From the NCBI GenBank assembly GCA_964016885.1, contig OZ024743.1, positions 13,888,001-13,952,000 of the forward strand: a DNA stretch of 64,000 bases, read 5' to 3'. Under the pieces are notes generated by a model that saw nothing but the letters and a program-made list of their open reading frames with translations, was not told where the DNA came from and searched no databases. How positions within the stretch are numbered: position 1 is the first letter of the stretch; every line of letters starts with the position of its first letter. Both the position numbers and the translations under genes were made by a program. Shown in pieces: positions 46,151 to 62,322 of the stretch. This DNA comes from Eledone cirrhosa. Taxonomy: Eukaryota.

Positions 46151-49100
46151 ATTGAACCTATGTCGTTAATGTTTGGCTGGCTCTTGCGGTTCGTTGCTTC
46201 ACCCTATGCTTAAACGGCTTGTTGGTCTGCTTGTTGCTTTCATATATTTAATGTTGTCGCTATTAATCTTGCCGTTGCTGGTGCTGCTGTTTTTGTTGCC
46301 GTCTCTATTGGTTCTGCTGCTGATTTTGTCGTTGTTGTTATACTTGCTATTATTGTTGTTTTTCACACTGCTGTGCTGCTGTTGCTGCTGCTGCTTTTGA
46401 TGTCATTCCTGTTGTTTCGGTTGCTGTTGTTTTATTTTAATGTTGCAGTTGAAGATCTTTCTCTTCTTGTTGCTGATGTCTATAGTGGTGCAAGAGCAGA
46501 GAGCTGGTGGTGGTGGAATTAGTTGCGCTATTGCCAACTTTTAGATTCCAGATCCAGTCGCGGTCGCATGTTTATGGAGTTCTGCCGGATTTTGGAGAAT
46601 TATGTCGTCGCTATGTTTAAAAAAACATTCTGATTGAAAATACAGATTGTAAATTTCAAATATTTGGGCACAAATCCCAAATATTATGGGGTGTCCCTGT
46701 TTGAGAGCTGGACTGATGACTTATGTCTCGTTTGAAACAAAAACAACAACAAAAACGATTGATAATCTGTGAAAACAACACATTTAAGAGAAGCCGACAA
46801 AAACGCACCTGCTCAAAATAATAGCCAATAATAATAATAACATTGAAGGCAAGATGAGTCGGTTGTGAACAATAGAGCTCAAGGAACATTGAAAATACAA
46901 GATCCAAACAATTCTATAACAATCAATGCAGCAAACATAAAAAAGCAGAAAAAATAAAGAGAGAGAGAGAAGGAGAGTGAGAGAAAGAGAGCTAGTGAGA
47001 GAGGGTGGGTGGGGGGCTGAGAGAGACGTGAAAGAGGAAAAACAAGAACAAAACTAAAAAAATATGTTCCAATGAGTGTTATTCACTATTGATTTTGAAT
47101 GTGAGTTCTTTATAGATTACCTAATGATATCCTAGTTCTTGTTTTTTATTGTCTGCATTTTCAAGTTCTGCGACAGTTGCACTTGATGTTGATCCTCTTT
47201 TTGTTCTAGTTGTTGTGGATATTAGTCATGTTGGTGTTATTTATGTTTTATTTTGTTGCTGTTAGTTATTTCTCTGTATTCTTTAAATTTTGTTATGTTT
47301 CCTTGTTGTTATTTTCAGTTACTGCCGTTTCCATTTGCTTTGATTACATTAATTTTTTTCTTCATTTCCTTGATTACAGTTAATTAAGAAGAGGGAGAAA
47401 TTATGATGAGTGATTGCATTTCTTCTATAGGCAATTTACATTAGTTTTTGGATCGGATTAATCACTTGCATTTTCTAGTGGCTACATTTATTTAAACATT
47501 GTTTTACTATAACACCTGTCTGAGGCTTAATTTGATTAGTCACGTAAACTTCAGCATACGTAATTGAGAAAACAATTAAGAACGAAGCATTTGATATTAA
47601 AATATATGATCAGGATTTATATGTTACCATGCCCTGTGCACGTTCAGAGTAATTAATGTTATACAGGACAGAAAATTAATTTCCTAGTGTTTAAAGTGGA
47701 GCAGAGATTAGGCCCGTGAACTGGCGTCATTGTAGAATCGTAGCAGTTGAATATCTTTAAGTAGAAATCGACTTTTTCTCTCTGTAATGATAAACGCCAA
47801 TTTAAAATTGATGGGATAGAAGTAATCGCTTTTGTTCTTATATCTTATAGATACCTCACTCCAGATACAAATATTGGTAACATAATAAAGAAATATTAAA
47901 GGCTATTTCAAATGAAATAATCAGCATTTAACTAGAATGTTGTTGTTAAATTGTCAGGGTTAGCTAAATAATCCATGCTGAGAAACAAAATATAGTCTGA
48001 AGTATTTCATTGAACATTTGCCAATGTGTAACGATTTATGTCCATCAAATCATTACATATTATTGGCATAGAACAATTTCGATTTAGGAAAGGTTCATGT
48101 TATTTTTGCAAGGTGACAGATATTTGAAGGTTAAGGCGGTTTTGCTTCAATGTTTTGCTTCAACAGATTCCTCATAAAATCATCTGAACCATAATAATGC
48201 AAACGCACAATTTCTAATAACGTTTCATTCCAGGCTTCATGGGATATTGAATAAATACATATTAGTAATGTAGTTTAAATTTCTCTTCACTGTCAGCTTC
48301 GAAACTTTAAATTGACAGCAGTAATAGAAAAGAGAGTGAAGTATGCATACTTAAATACAACTAAACAAAATGGTGTACCTATTAAATCATCCGTATTATC
48401 ATTACGTAATTTGATGATACGAACTATAAGTTGTCAAACTCCATACATTTCACTAATTATAATCTGTTTTCTAACATCTCAGTTTAAATCCCGTAGAGAA
48501 TTAGTTTTCCATATTAGTAACATTCACATTTGAATACTAATGTTGCATGGTTGTCGGTTGAATTAGCTCTGCAATATATTGGTAATTATGATGAAAATGT
48601 TAGTAACATTAACAATTATACTAGCAGAGCGACGTAATGATGCCACCTATTTCAGGAAAGTAGCAATATATTTTTGCGCATATAACTCAATTTGATGAAA
48701 TAATACCTCTCCGAACTACTGTAGAAATGTGTTGAATAAGGGTTTACAATAGCATTTTTTTCCGGAATATATATATATTTTGCTTTTTGTTTTTTTTCAT
48801 TTGCAGAGAAAGCAGCCGCAGTATATTGAATAATAAATAAGCGTTCTTACCAAAAAACATATATTGTTTAAGTTTTTAATAAAGTACAATCTCATTGTAT
48901 CCATTTTAGATTTTACTCCAACCCTTCTCTGTTCTTTTATGTGTCAATCTTTCCTAGCTTGTATTATTCCTTTAATTCACATTTTACTTCTCGTATTCTA
49001 TTATCAATCTTTACACTTTTTATATCTTTGTCTCATCATCCTTTCTTTTTGCCTCCCTCCTTTTTTTAGTTTATTCGCTCTGTATTTCTCTTTCATCACA

Positions 49101-51669
49101 ATCTCATATATATATACCTTTCATTTCCTACTATCTCTTTTCTAGTGGTTTAGCAAATAGAGATAAGTGTACTAAGTAACAAATTGTAATAGATTGCATC
49201 TCTATGACTACACACCACTGAATGACAGAATATATTAATAGACTTGATTTATTTTTGTCGTTGTTCATAACATATCAGCATCGGTCACACTGCTTTTCTC
49301 CTTTGTATAATTTAAACAGGCATATTAATGATAATATTCGTTTATATCTTTGTAAGTATCTTATTACTAGTATTTGTTTTTCATTTCATAACGTACATTC
49401 TCACTGACATCATCGAAAAATTGTCAATCATTTTCATGCAGGTGCCGTCATAATTTATAAACATTTTGGTAAGTTGACAATAGAATTTTGTATTGCACGT
49501 CCAAATAATATTTCAACAAGAAACATTTATATATATTTAAAAAAAACACACTCTTATTCTCTTTTGAGATATAATTTTTGTTTCATTATATTCCTCAATC
49601 ATATATTACATTATGTATATATAACTATATTTTACATGTTAGAGTTGTCCTAATTCAATTGATAGTGTAGTGTATCTTGATTGTCATTACTGGAGCTTGA
49701 ATTATTGACATTTTTTATTATAGCTTATAACAAAATGTGCAGTTATGAACAGTGTATTTTCATAATATTTGTGGAACGTGGAGCTTGTGCTGGCGATATA
49801 TCAGAAACTTGGAACGGGTTTATCACCGGAGAAATTTGACCAATTAAGAATATTGAATAAGAGGACTATGTCAGCAATCTTACAATCTATGAACAGTTCA
49901 AAATCAATAATGCCCTCAACATCGAATATCGCCTTGAATAGATAGATCCCGTCAGTCGAATGAATTGTATCGGACTGCCACCTCAATCCCTCTACAGCAA
50001 ATATGGCAAAAGCAAGAGATCACTGCCACACTGTGCAGTGTCTTATCATGATCGTAGAAGAACGTTTTGTGAAAAATTGCCAGACAACCAGGGAATATAA
50101 GAGGCTGGGACGCAATATTTGCCAATTCCAGACAAGGTTTCTCCAGAAAAAGAGAACTGATCTAAGTGGAATTTTCTGTAGAAAAAAAGGGCTTTGCAGC
50201 TACATGGATGAGACAATTTAGGGCAGAAAAATATATACACGCTAATGTGGAAGAGTGGAGGATAAGACGATATGATTTGCATCATGATTTGCGTTAAAAA
50301 CGTTTATGTTGGCAGTGTAATGACTGATTCTGACAATTTCTTAAAAAGCAGGAGAAGCATGTTATAATATACCTGATATTATTAAATTTGTGATGCTATG
50401 CTTTCTAAAATATCTTTCAGAATATGTCTTGTTGTCACCATTTTCATTCTACTTTCTGATTTGCCAACGTTTGAAAAGTTCAATTTTGATTTTGCACGCA
50501 CACTCTGTGCAGCGATCGTTTTCTGAGACATTTTAACTACAAATCCAGCCAGCTGGAGACCCAAATGTTAAACTCGAGTAAAATGGCTGGATAATATACA
50601 TGAGCCCGGCAGGGCTCGTCAGGTGCCCAGCCAGATCAATTGGAGATTTTTATTTCTGACAGGACATACTAGAAAGTGTAATGAAGGACCTTGCCCCCAC
50701 AACCCCCAGGAACAGGCAAGTGAGAAACTAGAAGAGAATTTTTACTCGGTATTTCTTGATATACTATATATTGATTGAGATCTTTTAGTATAATCTATGT
50801 TGTTTCACATCATGTTTGTACTAACCTACGCGACACATACCCAAATGCCTTTTAGCTCTTAATTTTCTAAATCCATGTTACATTATAGAATGTGTCCTGG
50901 TTTTCTATCTCTTGCGGATCTACGTCACAAGACTGTTGATACGAATTTTAATTCGGAGGTATCATCTATATTTTCAAATTTCGAATCCAAGAATTCAGTT
51001 ACACTTTGAATTTTAATCATATTTCTGTTTCAATATAATGTTGTTGTTTTTCTGACACTTCGTTGTTCGATCATCGATAGCGTCCGTTTCTGTTGTAATG
51101 TTACGGTCAGAAGATGGTAGCGAGCTTGTAACATTGACATCTGTCTAGCGTGTGATATTCATCACTATCTAACCAACTATTATTTAGATAAAAAGTACTT
51201 TGCAAGATAGGTCTCAATTTGATCTTTTCACAATAAACAAACCTAAACAATACTAATTATAATTATTGTGTTTGCCTTTGTGATATAAATTCCCCTATGC
51301 CTAATTTAATTTAAGCTGTTGTAAAGAGATATCAATTTTATTATAATTATAGTTTTAATTAAACGGAAGGGTGCATCGACATTAATGAAGGGTAATCATT
51401 AGTCCTAGAATCTGCCTTTTATTCTTTGTTCTGAGGTAAATTTATAATGTTCTTGTTATATATAAAGTAATATTTTCTGATAAAGTTCAAACGATTTATA
51501 TTTAATTGAGACTGAGATTCCCATCTAAATCCCATCTAATTTGTTTTTCTTAAAGTTAAGTTTATTGGTAGATTATTTTTACATATTTTGAAATATTACC
51601 TGTCTTCTTCTTCTTCTTCTTCTTCTTCTTCTTCTTCTTCTTCTTCTTCTTCTTCTTCTTCTAGAATGC

Positions 51670-52620
51670 TTAGTTGTATTCGTTTTCACTTTCAGGGAAA
51701 ATTACGACGGTAACATCTGCATAAACCGACACAATCGTTACAAGCCCCACTTCAGAGGGATGCCTTGCAACAGCTCTAGCTTCCGGAAAAATGGCTTGAG
51801 AGTCTGTACCTACAGAAAGGAGTAACCTGAGCATCCTTGACAGATCGAGAGCATAATCTAAAAACATTCCTATAGGTCGCCATTGACTTTGTTCACGAGC
51901 AGATGCCGCTGTCCATTTCAGCGATTAAGCCTCTGAAGACGGAACCAAAGCCGACGGCCACGAGGAAAGGTATCGATGTTCGACCTAATCGAAGGATTTC
52001 GATTGTGCCAAATTGATCATAGCCCCACCAAAGCCACGTTTACTCCTTATTCTCTCTATGATGTATCTCATGAGGTGGAGGTTGTCATGCATCGATCTGG
52101 TCAGCATTGCGCAAATGTGCACGCTCCGTATCAAACCCTCGCCTAATGCTGCCAACCTCTTCGCTAACAAGTTGGACAAAATCTTAAACTCTGCGTTATA
52201 TCTTAAACAGAGATATTGACCTGAAAGTATCTAATGAGTCCCTCTCGCACTCGTCTTTCCTCATCAGGGTTACTACTCCGTGACACACTTAAATAGGAAT
52301 TATCGGGTTCTGTTGCCAGTTCCAATAGACGGCTTGGGGGAGATTTGAGAGCAGGTCTGGTAAATATAAATAAGTCTTATAGTGCAGACGAAACAAAAGG
52401 GGCAATGTTTGCCTACAGTCGGCCAGGTCTTCCCGAAACTTGGCTGCTGTTACCTTGTTTTCACAATACTGCACATCAGTCGACTAAGTGATAACGAAAG
52501 TCCGCTACCATTTAGGACCTACCCCGTTTTCTCCGAACAGCACTTGTCTGGGTTCGTCAAAGACCAAATTGAGTCTCTCTTTACATTAGAAATATACTTC
52601 ATCCAAACAAATCGCTGTCT
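51670..52620 (-). pseudogene. Decayed L1/Tx1-like LINE RT
   Basis: LLAKRL..RSMHDNLHLMRYII..GGAMINLAQSKSFD (LDQxKAFD motif), then VSVYADVTV (YADD). Confidence 0.78.
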
Positions 52621-55054
52621 TATTACCTGTGCAAATAAGTGCTGCTATCTACACTGAATGAAATACGGAGGAAACAAAGTTAACCTGCAATATTTGGTAT
52701 GACTGAAAGACATGAATGTTTCATTTTTTTTTTTTGTATCTCATGAAGTTCAATGGCCATGGGAAAACAGGTCTATGATCAAATCTGATTCCAATATATT
52801 TTATATAGCACTACATTAGGTAATAGGCCATTTCCAAATTCTTTGAAATTTAGTGTGTGATCTGATTAACATTTAACTGAGATTCTTCGGTCATAGGTGA
52901 GACCTGCTTCAAAAGAATTATAAAATGACAAATCATCTCGCCACTTTTATAACCCATGAAGACGGGATTTTAGAATATTTGTATCTTATTACTAATTCAC
53001 CAGAAACTCGCAGGAAGGGACCTTTTGTCCAAGATTGGTACGCTATTGTAAATCCAACAGATCATTCCCTTCAATTCAACGTAAATATGCGACTACATTT
53101 GAAAATGTTTGAAGTTACTGGGCGAGTGAAATGAAAATTATAAACATCCAACAGACTACACAATTATGGCGATCTAATACATTAAGAAAAAATGACCGCG
53201 GACAATGGTTTTACCTTATACTTATTAAAATATATGAATTCGTCTCCCGATGAACTTACATAAACTATCATGATACACATATATTACATCACGCAATGGT
53301 GGAGGTTTTGTTGTATGTCGGTCAGGGGATGATTGGTTAGAGCAGGCATGTATGTATCCTAAAGAAATAGCACTTGAACGGCCTTTACACAATCCTGCAT
53401 ATATACATTGTCAGGTCTAGTGACCAAACATCGATGGCGAAAATCATGTGGCATTGAACGCTTTTCTGGTTGTATTTGCAGATCGGTTGAAATACGAAAT
53501 TCTTCAACAAATTATTAATGTAAAGCGTGAAAGAGCGAAAGTCCAAGCTGCAGAAGGACACATTCAGAACTTACATAATTAAGTCTGAGACATAATTATC
53601 ATTGATTTTGTAAAATGCATCTCATGTGCAATGTATTCCATTACAAAATATGTCCCCGTATGTCTAATCGCAAGGAAAACGACGAGAGAGTCGTTTCCTA
53701 GAAATGGAAGCTAAGATAGCCCAGAATAATAGCAAGAAGAAGACTTGGCAGTTATTATCTCACGTGCCGTATGGCATATTAATAATTCATATCGTTTGAT
53801 CAAGGAGGATACAACTCTGTCTTTGCCCTGTCTCTTTTATCTACTATTTCTATAAAGGAAAGTGTCCTTGTAATGTTTTATTTTCTTTTTCATGCCTCAC
53901 ACATCTCTTCTAATACCTCAAATATACCTTTTTGAACTATATATTGAAGTATATATTTCAATTCTAGACTTATTAATAATATCACTTGATAACACCTACC
54001 CTACGAAACACAATAGCTACCATATATACACAACCCAAATAACATCCTGCTGATATTCAAGATAATTATCCCTTGTGAAGTCATATCCGGTATTTCGAAT
54101 TTGGAAAAGGCTACACTTAATGCCTATTTACGTATATATTTAAGCACCACAAAACCGCTGATCTTCTAGACTACATATTAGATTCGATGAAATCTTTGTA
54201 ATTACTTCTTAGAGATAACATGCACGTTTCGCTTAAGTCTCATTTCAGAAACCACCATTTTAACAAGGGTTTATTGTTTAATCAATCAATCAATAGGTCG
54301 CACTGTTTCTACGGATTCTCTTGAATCTGTCGCCATCCAACTCTATTGTTCATCATTTTCGATACGTTTACGTCTTTACAAATCTGCTTTAAGTAGGTCT
54401 TGGCTCCTCGTCTTCTGATAGTTCTTTCTTGTGTATGCTCAGTCAAAATATATGTTGTTTAAGTTAAACAAAAGCAGAGCGACGAGTGTATAACGCCTGG
54501 ACCGTGTTTGGTCAAAGGTCTTATCGATCAAGGCTGATGTGGTTCTAAACAATAGCAACGATGTTAATGTATTTTAATGAAATAAGAAACTGCAATTACA
54601 CATACATCACACATCTGATATATTTCCTGTATCGTGACTGACACAATGATTTACAACGACACCATCATCAATTATAACAGCAAATACAAAAATATAAAAG
54701 TTGTCAACGGAGTTAATAAGATAGAGTTATAGAAAATTAATGTCGACGCATATTTTCTGTATCGGAATGTTATCAGAAATATTATGATGATTAATGGTTT
54801 TGTTGATCATGAAGGTCACACCGATGTTAATGTGGGTATCGGTCATCAGGATTACATACACTGGGACAGTAATTACGCCAATGTCGAAGCGAATGACAAT
54901 GAAAAGATTTACTGCGGATGTCGGAGACGCAGATGATAGTGTGGGTGCAAGAGTCAGCGCTATTGTTGGTGTTCGTTGTAAAATTTATGAGAAGTCTATG
55001 TCAGTTTTAGTTTTGGTAAGGTTGGAGGCTTTTTTATATATGATCATGGTTATA

Positions 55055-55400
<346 letters not shown>

Positions 55401-55799
55401 GATGTTAAAAAATGAATACGCTGATGAAGAAGAAGAAGATGTTCTTGGTAGTAATGATGTATCTATGAACGTAGACTTGAGTATGATGACGATAGAGTTA
55501 CGTTTAGTGTGTTCGACGATATTCTTCTTTGCTGAATCGGTTATCATTATTGAAGTTCTTTTGGTGTTCATTATATTTAGCTAAGACTTAAAAGAGTAGA
55601 CGTATGATCAATGACTTGCTGGAGTGATGATTGCCCTATAATTTAAGTAGGTGGCTATATTATCCCATTTACCCGGAAGGATATTTTTTTGAGATGTAGC
55701 AGTTATTTCTAGATGGTCGAGTGATAAAGGTGAAGCTGTATCTATGATTCTTATTGTGTATATTATATATATGTTAGTATTTAAATCCTTGCAAATTTA

Positions 55800-56025
55800 C
55801 GGGGGCGTAAGACTTATCAATCTAAATAAACCATATAGATGACGGGTACTTTGTAGTATAGAGCTATGTCCCTTTACATTATGCGCCCAAATCCTTCCGA
55901 GGTTAGTTTTTCCTTTCATTCTTACGGAATCGATCAATAAAGCACCAGTAATCCTCTGGGGTTGATTTAATCGACTTTTCTCTCTAGCAAAATTGTTGGT
56001 TTTCTTCCTAAATCAAAGACAATAT
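55800..56025 (+). mobile_element. Old diverged SINE (long subfamily)
   Basis: AAATCCTTCCGAGGTTAG..CCTTTCATTCTTACGGAATCGAT..AAAGCACCAGTAAT core. Confidence 0.55.
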
Positions 56026-56904
56026 GTCATCCATCTTCTGCAGAGTCAACTTCGATGATGTTCGGTCACATGGTGGGTTAATACTGTCTAAAATGTATTA
56101 TTAATCTTGAGATGCTGATCGCAATGACATGATATTACTGTTGCTGTTACTTCTTTCTATTTTCATGACGCCCACAATGCTAATGATAAGACGTGGAGTA
56201 GGGTGCTTGTTAAAATTTTGTAAAGAATGATAAATCTAAATGAGACAAAAAAAGAAACAAATAAAATGAGAAAAATAATAACAAATTAAAAAAATACAAC
56301 AACTTTTCCAAGAACAATCAATAGAAGGGTTGAAATAAATGTCTAGACCTGCTGAATATAAATCTAATAATAGCTTCTTGCTAAACGTTACAAAATTACC
56401 GTTCCAAACAAACCATTTATATAATTACTTTCAGACACTAAATTCAGAATCTATAATAATTATAATCCGTCTATGCTATAGCAAAATGTTTCTTGAATGC
56501 ATTGATTGTAAAAGTTAAAAGTCGGATATAAATTATTTTAAATAATTATGTCCGTCCCCGTCATTATTCTATTTATTAATTTTTATCTGTCAAAGTTTGC
56601 TAATTTATCGTTTACAATCATTAGTTTTGTTGTATTACATGTTCTAAATCATAAAGGTTTAACGATACCGTACAGAATCAAATCTCGCCGTCTTATTACA
56701 AAGCTCCTCAACTCTATTCTTTTCATTTTATTCCTCTTCCTCACCTCACGACTAACACACCAACCATCCACATCATCATCATTAAACATAACACCATCAA
56801 AATCATCCTCATAGTCATAATGATAATCATTTGTGAAATTTAATGCACTTTGAAACACTTTAACATCGAAAGCTCATTGCATTCCATTAATATCAGAACG
56901 ATGT

Positions 56905-57128
56905 AACTTCAAATCCTGCTGAGGTTTACTTTGCCTTTCTTCCTTACGGGGTCGATAAAATAAAGTACCAGTAATGCACTGGGTAATTGCTGGCCTTGTG
57001 CCAAAAATAGAAACAATTATTATCAGATTAACTTTGCCTGTCATCCTTACGGGGTCGATAAAATAAAGTACCAGTAATGTACTGGGTAATTACTGGCTAA
57101 ATGTGCTAAATGCAGAAACAATTATTAT
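56905..57128 (+). mobile_element. Two tandem 5'-truncated SINE copies
   Basis: 56905-57023 and 57024-57128 each carry the core and 3' end. Confidence 0.85.
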
Positions 57129-57759
57129 CAAACGTATTTTGAAGAAAGAAACTTGGTGGCATGCTTCGAAGTGCTACGAAAAAATATTTAGTTACATTTT
57201 GAAAAAAAACACAAATTGTAGTGCCGACGATCTTTCCTCGCTGCTCATTCAAAAACCACATCCGATTTGAGATATTGTATCTGCCATTACCTACTTTATT
57301 ACCCAATTGTGAAGGGTATGTTGTGTTGCTCATCAATCTACATGTATCTGTACAATTAAATTGTAGGTCTGGTTTTACTGATGTTGCTATCTCTAATGTG
57401 TACTGTTTATGTGCTCACATAAATGATTTCCTACTATAGGGGTTAACATGGCTTCATCGTGAACACTATATTTGAATCATCCAAATAATTTTGTTTGCTT
57501 TGTTTGCAGAGACCACACAATCATAGAACAGAGAATAACTATTTATAATTTTGTGGAAACACTTTATTTTCTCTATTTCAAAGTACAACAAGAAGAGCAA
57601 GAGAAGCCAGGGGTTGCTCCTATTACGTTCAAATCATAGCCATGCAATATGTGACAATAGACCATATGAAAGAGGCCGTGATTTGAATCTGGTATACGAG
57701 TGCTATGGAGGGAACAGGAAGACCTTAGTGAAGACTTGGTGCATATGAACTTTTCTCGG

Positions 57760-58560
57760 CAGAGCGTCCTGCTAGAGAACGGGTCGCGGCCAGTGGATAG
57801 TAATCGGCCACTGGAAATGAAGGCTAGTTGTGATGAACAGCAGTAAATTACTATGGGAGATGGAGCAATGAGTGGGTGACAGCTGTAGATCCCAAGCAAA
57901 TGCTCAATACTCAGTTACGTATCTGAGATGTGGTGACTAAAGGGTACTTCTAAAGGAAGCCTAGTCTTCGTGGGTTTGATAAAGTACCTGATTGGTGACA
58001 AGCCAGGATAAGGTCACTGAAACTGAAACTTGATAAGGAAAATAAGAAAAGAACCATATTGCATAATCCATCACGTGGATTAACAAGGCACGAGTTCAGG
58101 CCTTAGGTAGGGCGGCTGGTCGAAACATATTATTGCAGTCTACATTTCATTCTGCAGAAGCTGGCGATGAGCCAGCAATATGTCATGGGATACGTGGTAG
58201 GGATGCACAAAGATTGCGTATCCCGAGACCCCAAAGAGGGTAAGGAAGGGACCAAACCTTGAGAGTTGGAACCTGGAACATCACACCTCTTCCAGTTAAG
58301 GCGCAGGATCTAGACGAGGATGCTAGATGCTAACGGCTAGATATAGTCGAGGTTTTGTCAGCGTGGTTCCGTGGCTCTGATACGATACAGGTGTGGCGCC
58401 AGAAATGACTGCACAAGCGGGAGTGGATGTACACAATATTGAAGTAGTGTATGGTCTTTAGAAGGAAGGAAATCAAAGGATTTCCATGGGCACTATAGTG
58501 AACTTGTGGAGAAAATTCATCCTTCAATTTGTAAACTTGTGAGTAAAATAATCATGAAAC
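57760..58560 (+). mobile_element. Decayed 5' region of an RTE-like LINE (start of the APE endonuclease)
   Basis: GC-richer island; LRVGTWNITPL at about 58260, followed by RLDIV..W.RGS. Confidence 0.5.
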
Positions 58561-61500
58561 AGAATTACGGCCATATTGTTTGGATTGTATCACAGATAGC
58601 CTCAGTGATCTAAGCGAGAAACATTGTTAACGATTTCACCTACAACTAAGGATGGTACAGCCAAGGATATGTTATATATATGATGGCAGATTACATTGGA
58701 CGTAAATCTCGATGCACATCTGATTCCAGGATATCTAAGAAACGCAAGCGATTTATGTAAGATGTCTCAATGAGAAAAAAGTTGTTTTCTATCACTTATG
58801 TCTGAAACATATTTGAATTTAATAAGTATATTCATATGCTATACCTCCTTGATATTAATAAACTATTTATGTTGCAGTCCATCATACATTTGTATATTCT
58901 TGGCTAATACATCGATTGCCAGCCAGCTATTATAAAATATTATATATATAATACATAACTATATTTAAAGATGTATATCATGTCTTGATGTATAGTGCTG
59001 CTGGAACGATATAACCTGAATATCATCTAAATTCCAAGCAACCAAATATATGTTCCGCGGTGCTATTTAAAGTTTGTTTATAATTATTCATTCGGAAACG
59101 AATGTAATGTTTAATTTTTATAGACAGAACATTATTCCAAACAATAGCAGGCATATTTCAGAACATAGTCATATGCCACTACCTGATCATAAGACATTAC
59201 ATTTGAGCTTAACAAGATTTTCCTATTCGACACTCAATGCACACATCATCCATCATATTCTTGCAAGAGTTTACATAGTAGCCTTTAGTCACATCAGTCT
59301 GATAGATATTTGGGGCCCTGAAATGATAATATATATGAATTCAGTTTTGAAATAAGTCATGTATTTGAAACCCTCCATCCACGATGAAAATTCAGAAAAC
59401 ATTTAAAATTCTATTTGTGACTGCCGCGGGTACTGAACAGCATCAGGATTCCCAGTTTACATCATTGGATTTTAACTCATCACAAATTATTATATTCTGT
59501 TCAACGTAATTTTAATGTATGTTAAGTTGCAGTCATTAGCCTAAGTTCTAAATTGATTGATTAGATGTAACATGAAATATGTTTCAGTGTAGTCCGAGTG
59601 CGTGTGATAATAGGTTCACCGGACAAAATATCCAGCGTTATCTATTTTCCCTTCATATTATTTGATCATCTAAGTCCAGCTGAAACTTTGCAATTCACAC
59701 CGTTGCTATAAACATGATAGGTACACCATACAATACAGAATTCAATTTAATTGACATACTGCGTCCTCCATAAATCTGACGTGCCTGTCTCTTTGCTAGA
59801 AATTAAATATCTCTTATAATGTTGCAATATTTATACTACGAATTGAAGCTAGCTGTAGTAAGTATAATTGCATGGTTCATAATATATAAAGGAATTTACA
59901 ATAGGTTTATGTATAATATAATAAATATACAGAGGTCTATCCCTGAACATATAAAGCTGTGATCATGTTCCACATATCGTAGTAGCTTCGGGAGGATTTA
60001 AGATATATATATATATATATATATATTTGTATCTGTATACATTTTTAGCGACGTTAACGTACTCGATACTAAGACAGGAATAGAGAAAAGGTATATGCGC
60101 CCTTCTAGCATATGAAAATGGCACTACTACAGCATTGACTGGAGATGAACATTGCCACATAGTCCGACAGTGACACACAATAATCATGTATCTGTCGTCG
60201 GAGACATTTCCTCACAAGCTACTTTATTTCTGCTTACAGTATTCATAGCGAGATACGTGTATGATAACTCTACAGGAATCTAAGGCTTGGGTTTTGTTAA
60301 TATATGTATGTTACTTATTTCATCCACATACATAAAGAAAATGCTAATGTCGGTTTTACCAAAAGTTAACATCTGAATTCGATAAAAACTATTTAATTAG
60401 TGTTGAACATTCCGTTCGAGATATTTGATTGAGGGTTGTGTGCATTTGAAGCTGACATATTAACGAAATTAGACATCATTTCGCCGCTTATTGTAATCGT
60501 CAGAATTTCCTGCAAATTTGAATTCTCTGAGGAAATTGGCAATATTGCTTCAGTGTTTCTCATGGTTTCCATTGAGCAGATTTCAAATCCTACCGGGGTC
60601 AACCTTACATTTCATTATTTTGGTGTTTATAATAAAAGCACCAGTTATGGAACATAGAATTTAAAGAAACGTTAAATATTCGGACTGGAAAGCATTCCAT
60701 ATATATTCCTGTTTGAGGTCACACCCTACTCTCATTGGAAAAAGAAATATACTAATTCCAAGTGTTGCATAAATTCAGCAATGAAATGAAAGTATTAGAT
60801 ATTATCAGCAATGAAATGAACAATAGAAACATAATTTCCTTGGCTGGATATCACGATCGATTCCATGTGATCCTTTCCATTTGGTAAAGTAAATATTACG
60901 TCCTTTTCGAACATTAGAACAAATCTTTGTTGCAGTCACATTGCATTTCACCCTCAATTAATTCAGTGCATATTTACATCTTGCACGCTATGCATCTTTG
61001 TTACATACGCTATACATTCACCAATCGCTAAGTATTGACGTGTTTGCTCTATACTGCTTATTCCTCTTTTCAATATGTTGTAGACCTTTAACAAGTCAAT
61101 TAACTTCATAACATTTTTACGTCTTACACAGCTGCTAATTTCTTAACTTAATTACTACTACTTACGCGTTTATTAGTTTAAGAAGCATGTATGCAGTTGT
61201 TCATTTCCCTTAATGGAAACAGTGATGGAAGATGTGTTAAGGAAAAGTAATTTATATAGACCTCCCCCTGAAAATAATTTGCTCACAATATACTGGCAGT
61301 TCGTTAGCATGTTAACATTAGGATTCTTAACAACATGATTAAAGGATACTTACCACAAAAATTAGTGTCTTATTTAACTACGGTGGTTACCTCAAAGATT
61401 AGTTTTAATTACAAAAAAAAAAAAAAAAGCATTATTCCATCGTAGAAAATCCCATATTGCGTGTAAGTTATGCCATTCCCCAACGTAAAAATCTAAATCA

Positions 61501-62177
61501 CTTGTTTTTTCTTCACTATCCATGTTACAGCATATATAGCAGATTTGCTCTGGCGATGATAAATTGTATGACGACGATAACGTAATTGATGATGACGTAT
61601 ATGCGGATTATGATTATGGTGGTGATGATATTGATGCTGCTGGTAATGATGATTATGATGAAGATGATGATGATGAGGAATTGGGGGGAGGAGAACGCAG
61701 TTGATACTGGAGACGAAGATTTATATTTTCCAATAACCATAACATTACGTTCATATTTAAATAATATAAAGATGAGATATAATGTCTTGATTGATTTATC
61801 ATTTCTTTAATTCAGAGCTTACTAAAATAATATATGTAATCTAGCAAAGATATAATACCAAATACATGCTTCAAACAGTGCCATACATATGAGGTTTATG
61901 TAATATGAGAAAAGTAAATTGAAAAAGATTGATGAGTTTCTGTACTGTTTCAATTATTTATTTAATAATTGTGAGTTTATATTACTTCATCAGTCATGAT
62001 CAAAAGGAAACCATACTTGATTCTATAAATTTCTATTCCAGTGAGAAGTGTTAGTTACCCCCTGGACACTAACGTGTCTTACTATAGATTTTACATCTAG
62101 ATTTTATTTTATACCCCTTAGATTGAGTTAAAAAGAATTTTCGTTATAAACAACAAAGTCCGCAAACGAGAATATAA

Positions 62178-62322
62178 GAAATAATTGTTTCTACTGTTTG
62201 GCACAAGGCCAGCAATTATCCCAGTGCATTACTGGTACTTTATTTTATCGACCCCGTAAGGATGAAAGGCAAAGTTAACCTCTGTGGGATTTGAACTCAG
62301 AATGACAAGGGCTATGCGTCAA
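62178..62322 (-). mobile_element. 5'-truncated SINE copy
   Basis: B-box, core and 3' end match 1090-1276. Confidence 0.85.

Noticed and set aside
46713-46740. CTGATGA..GAAA
   Set aside because: No stem II or stem I pairing; chance match.
49800-50570. Possible mariner transposase relic (FDVEGII, HDK-like)
   Set aside because: The motifs are weak and in the wrong order on the same strand.
52700-53480. Possible further LINE relic
   Set aside because: No unambiguous RT or endonuclease motif recovered.
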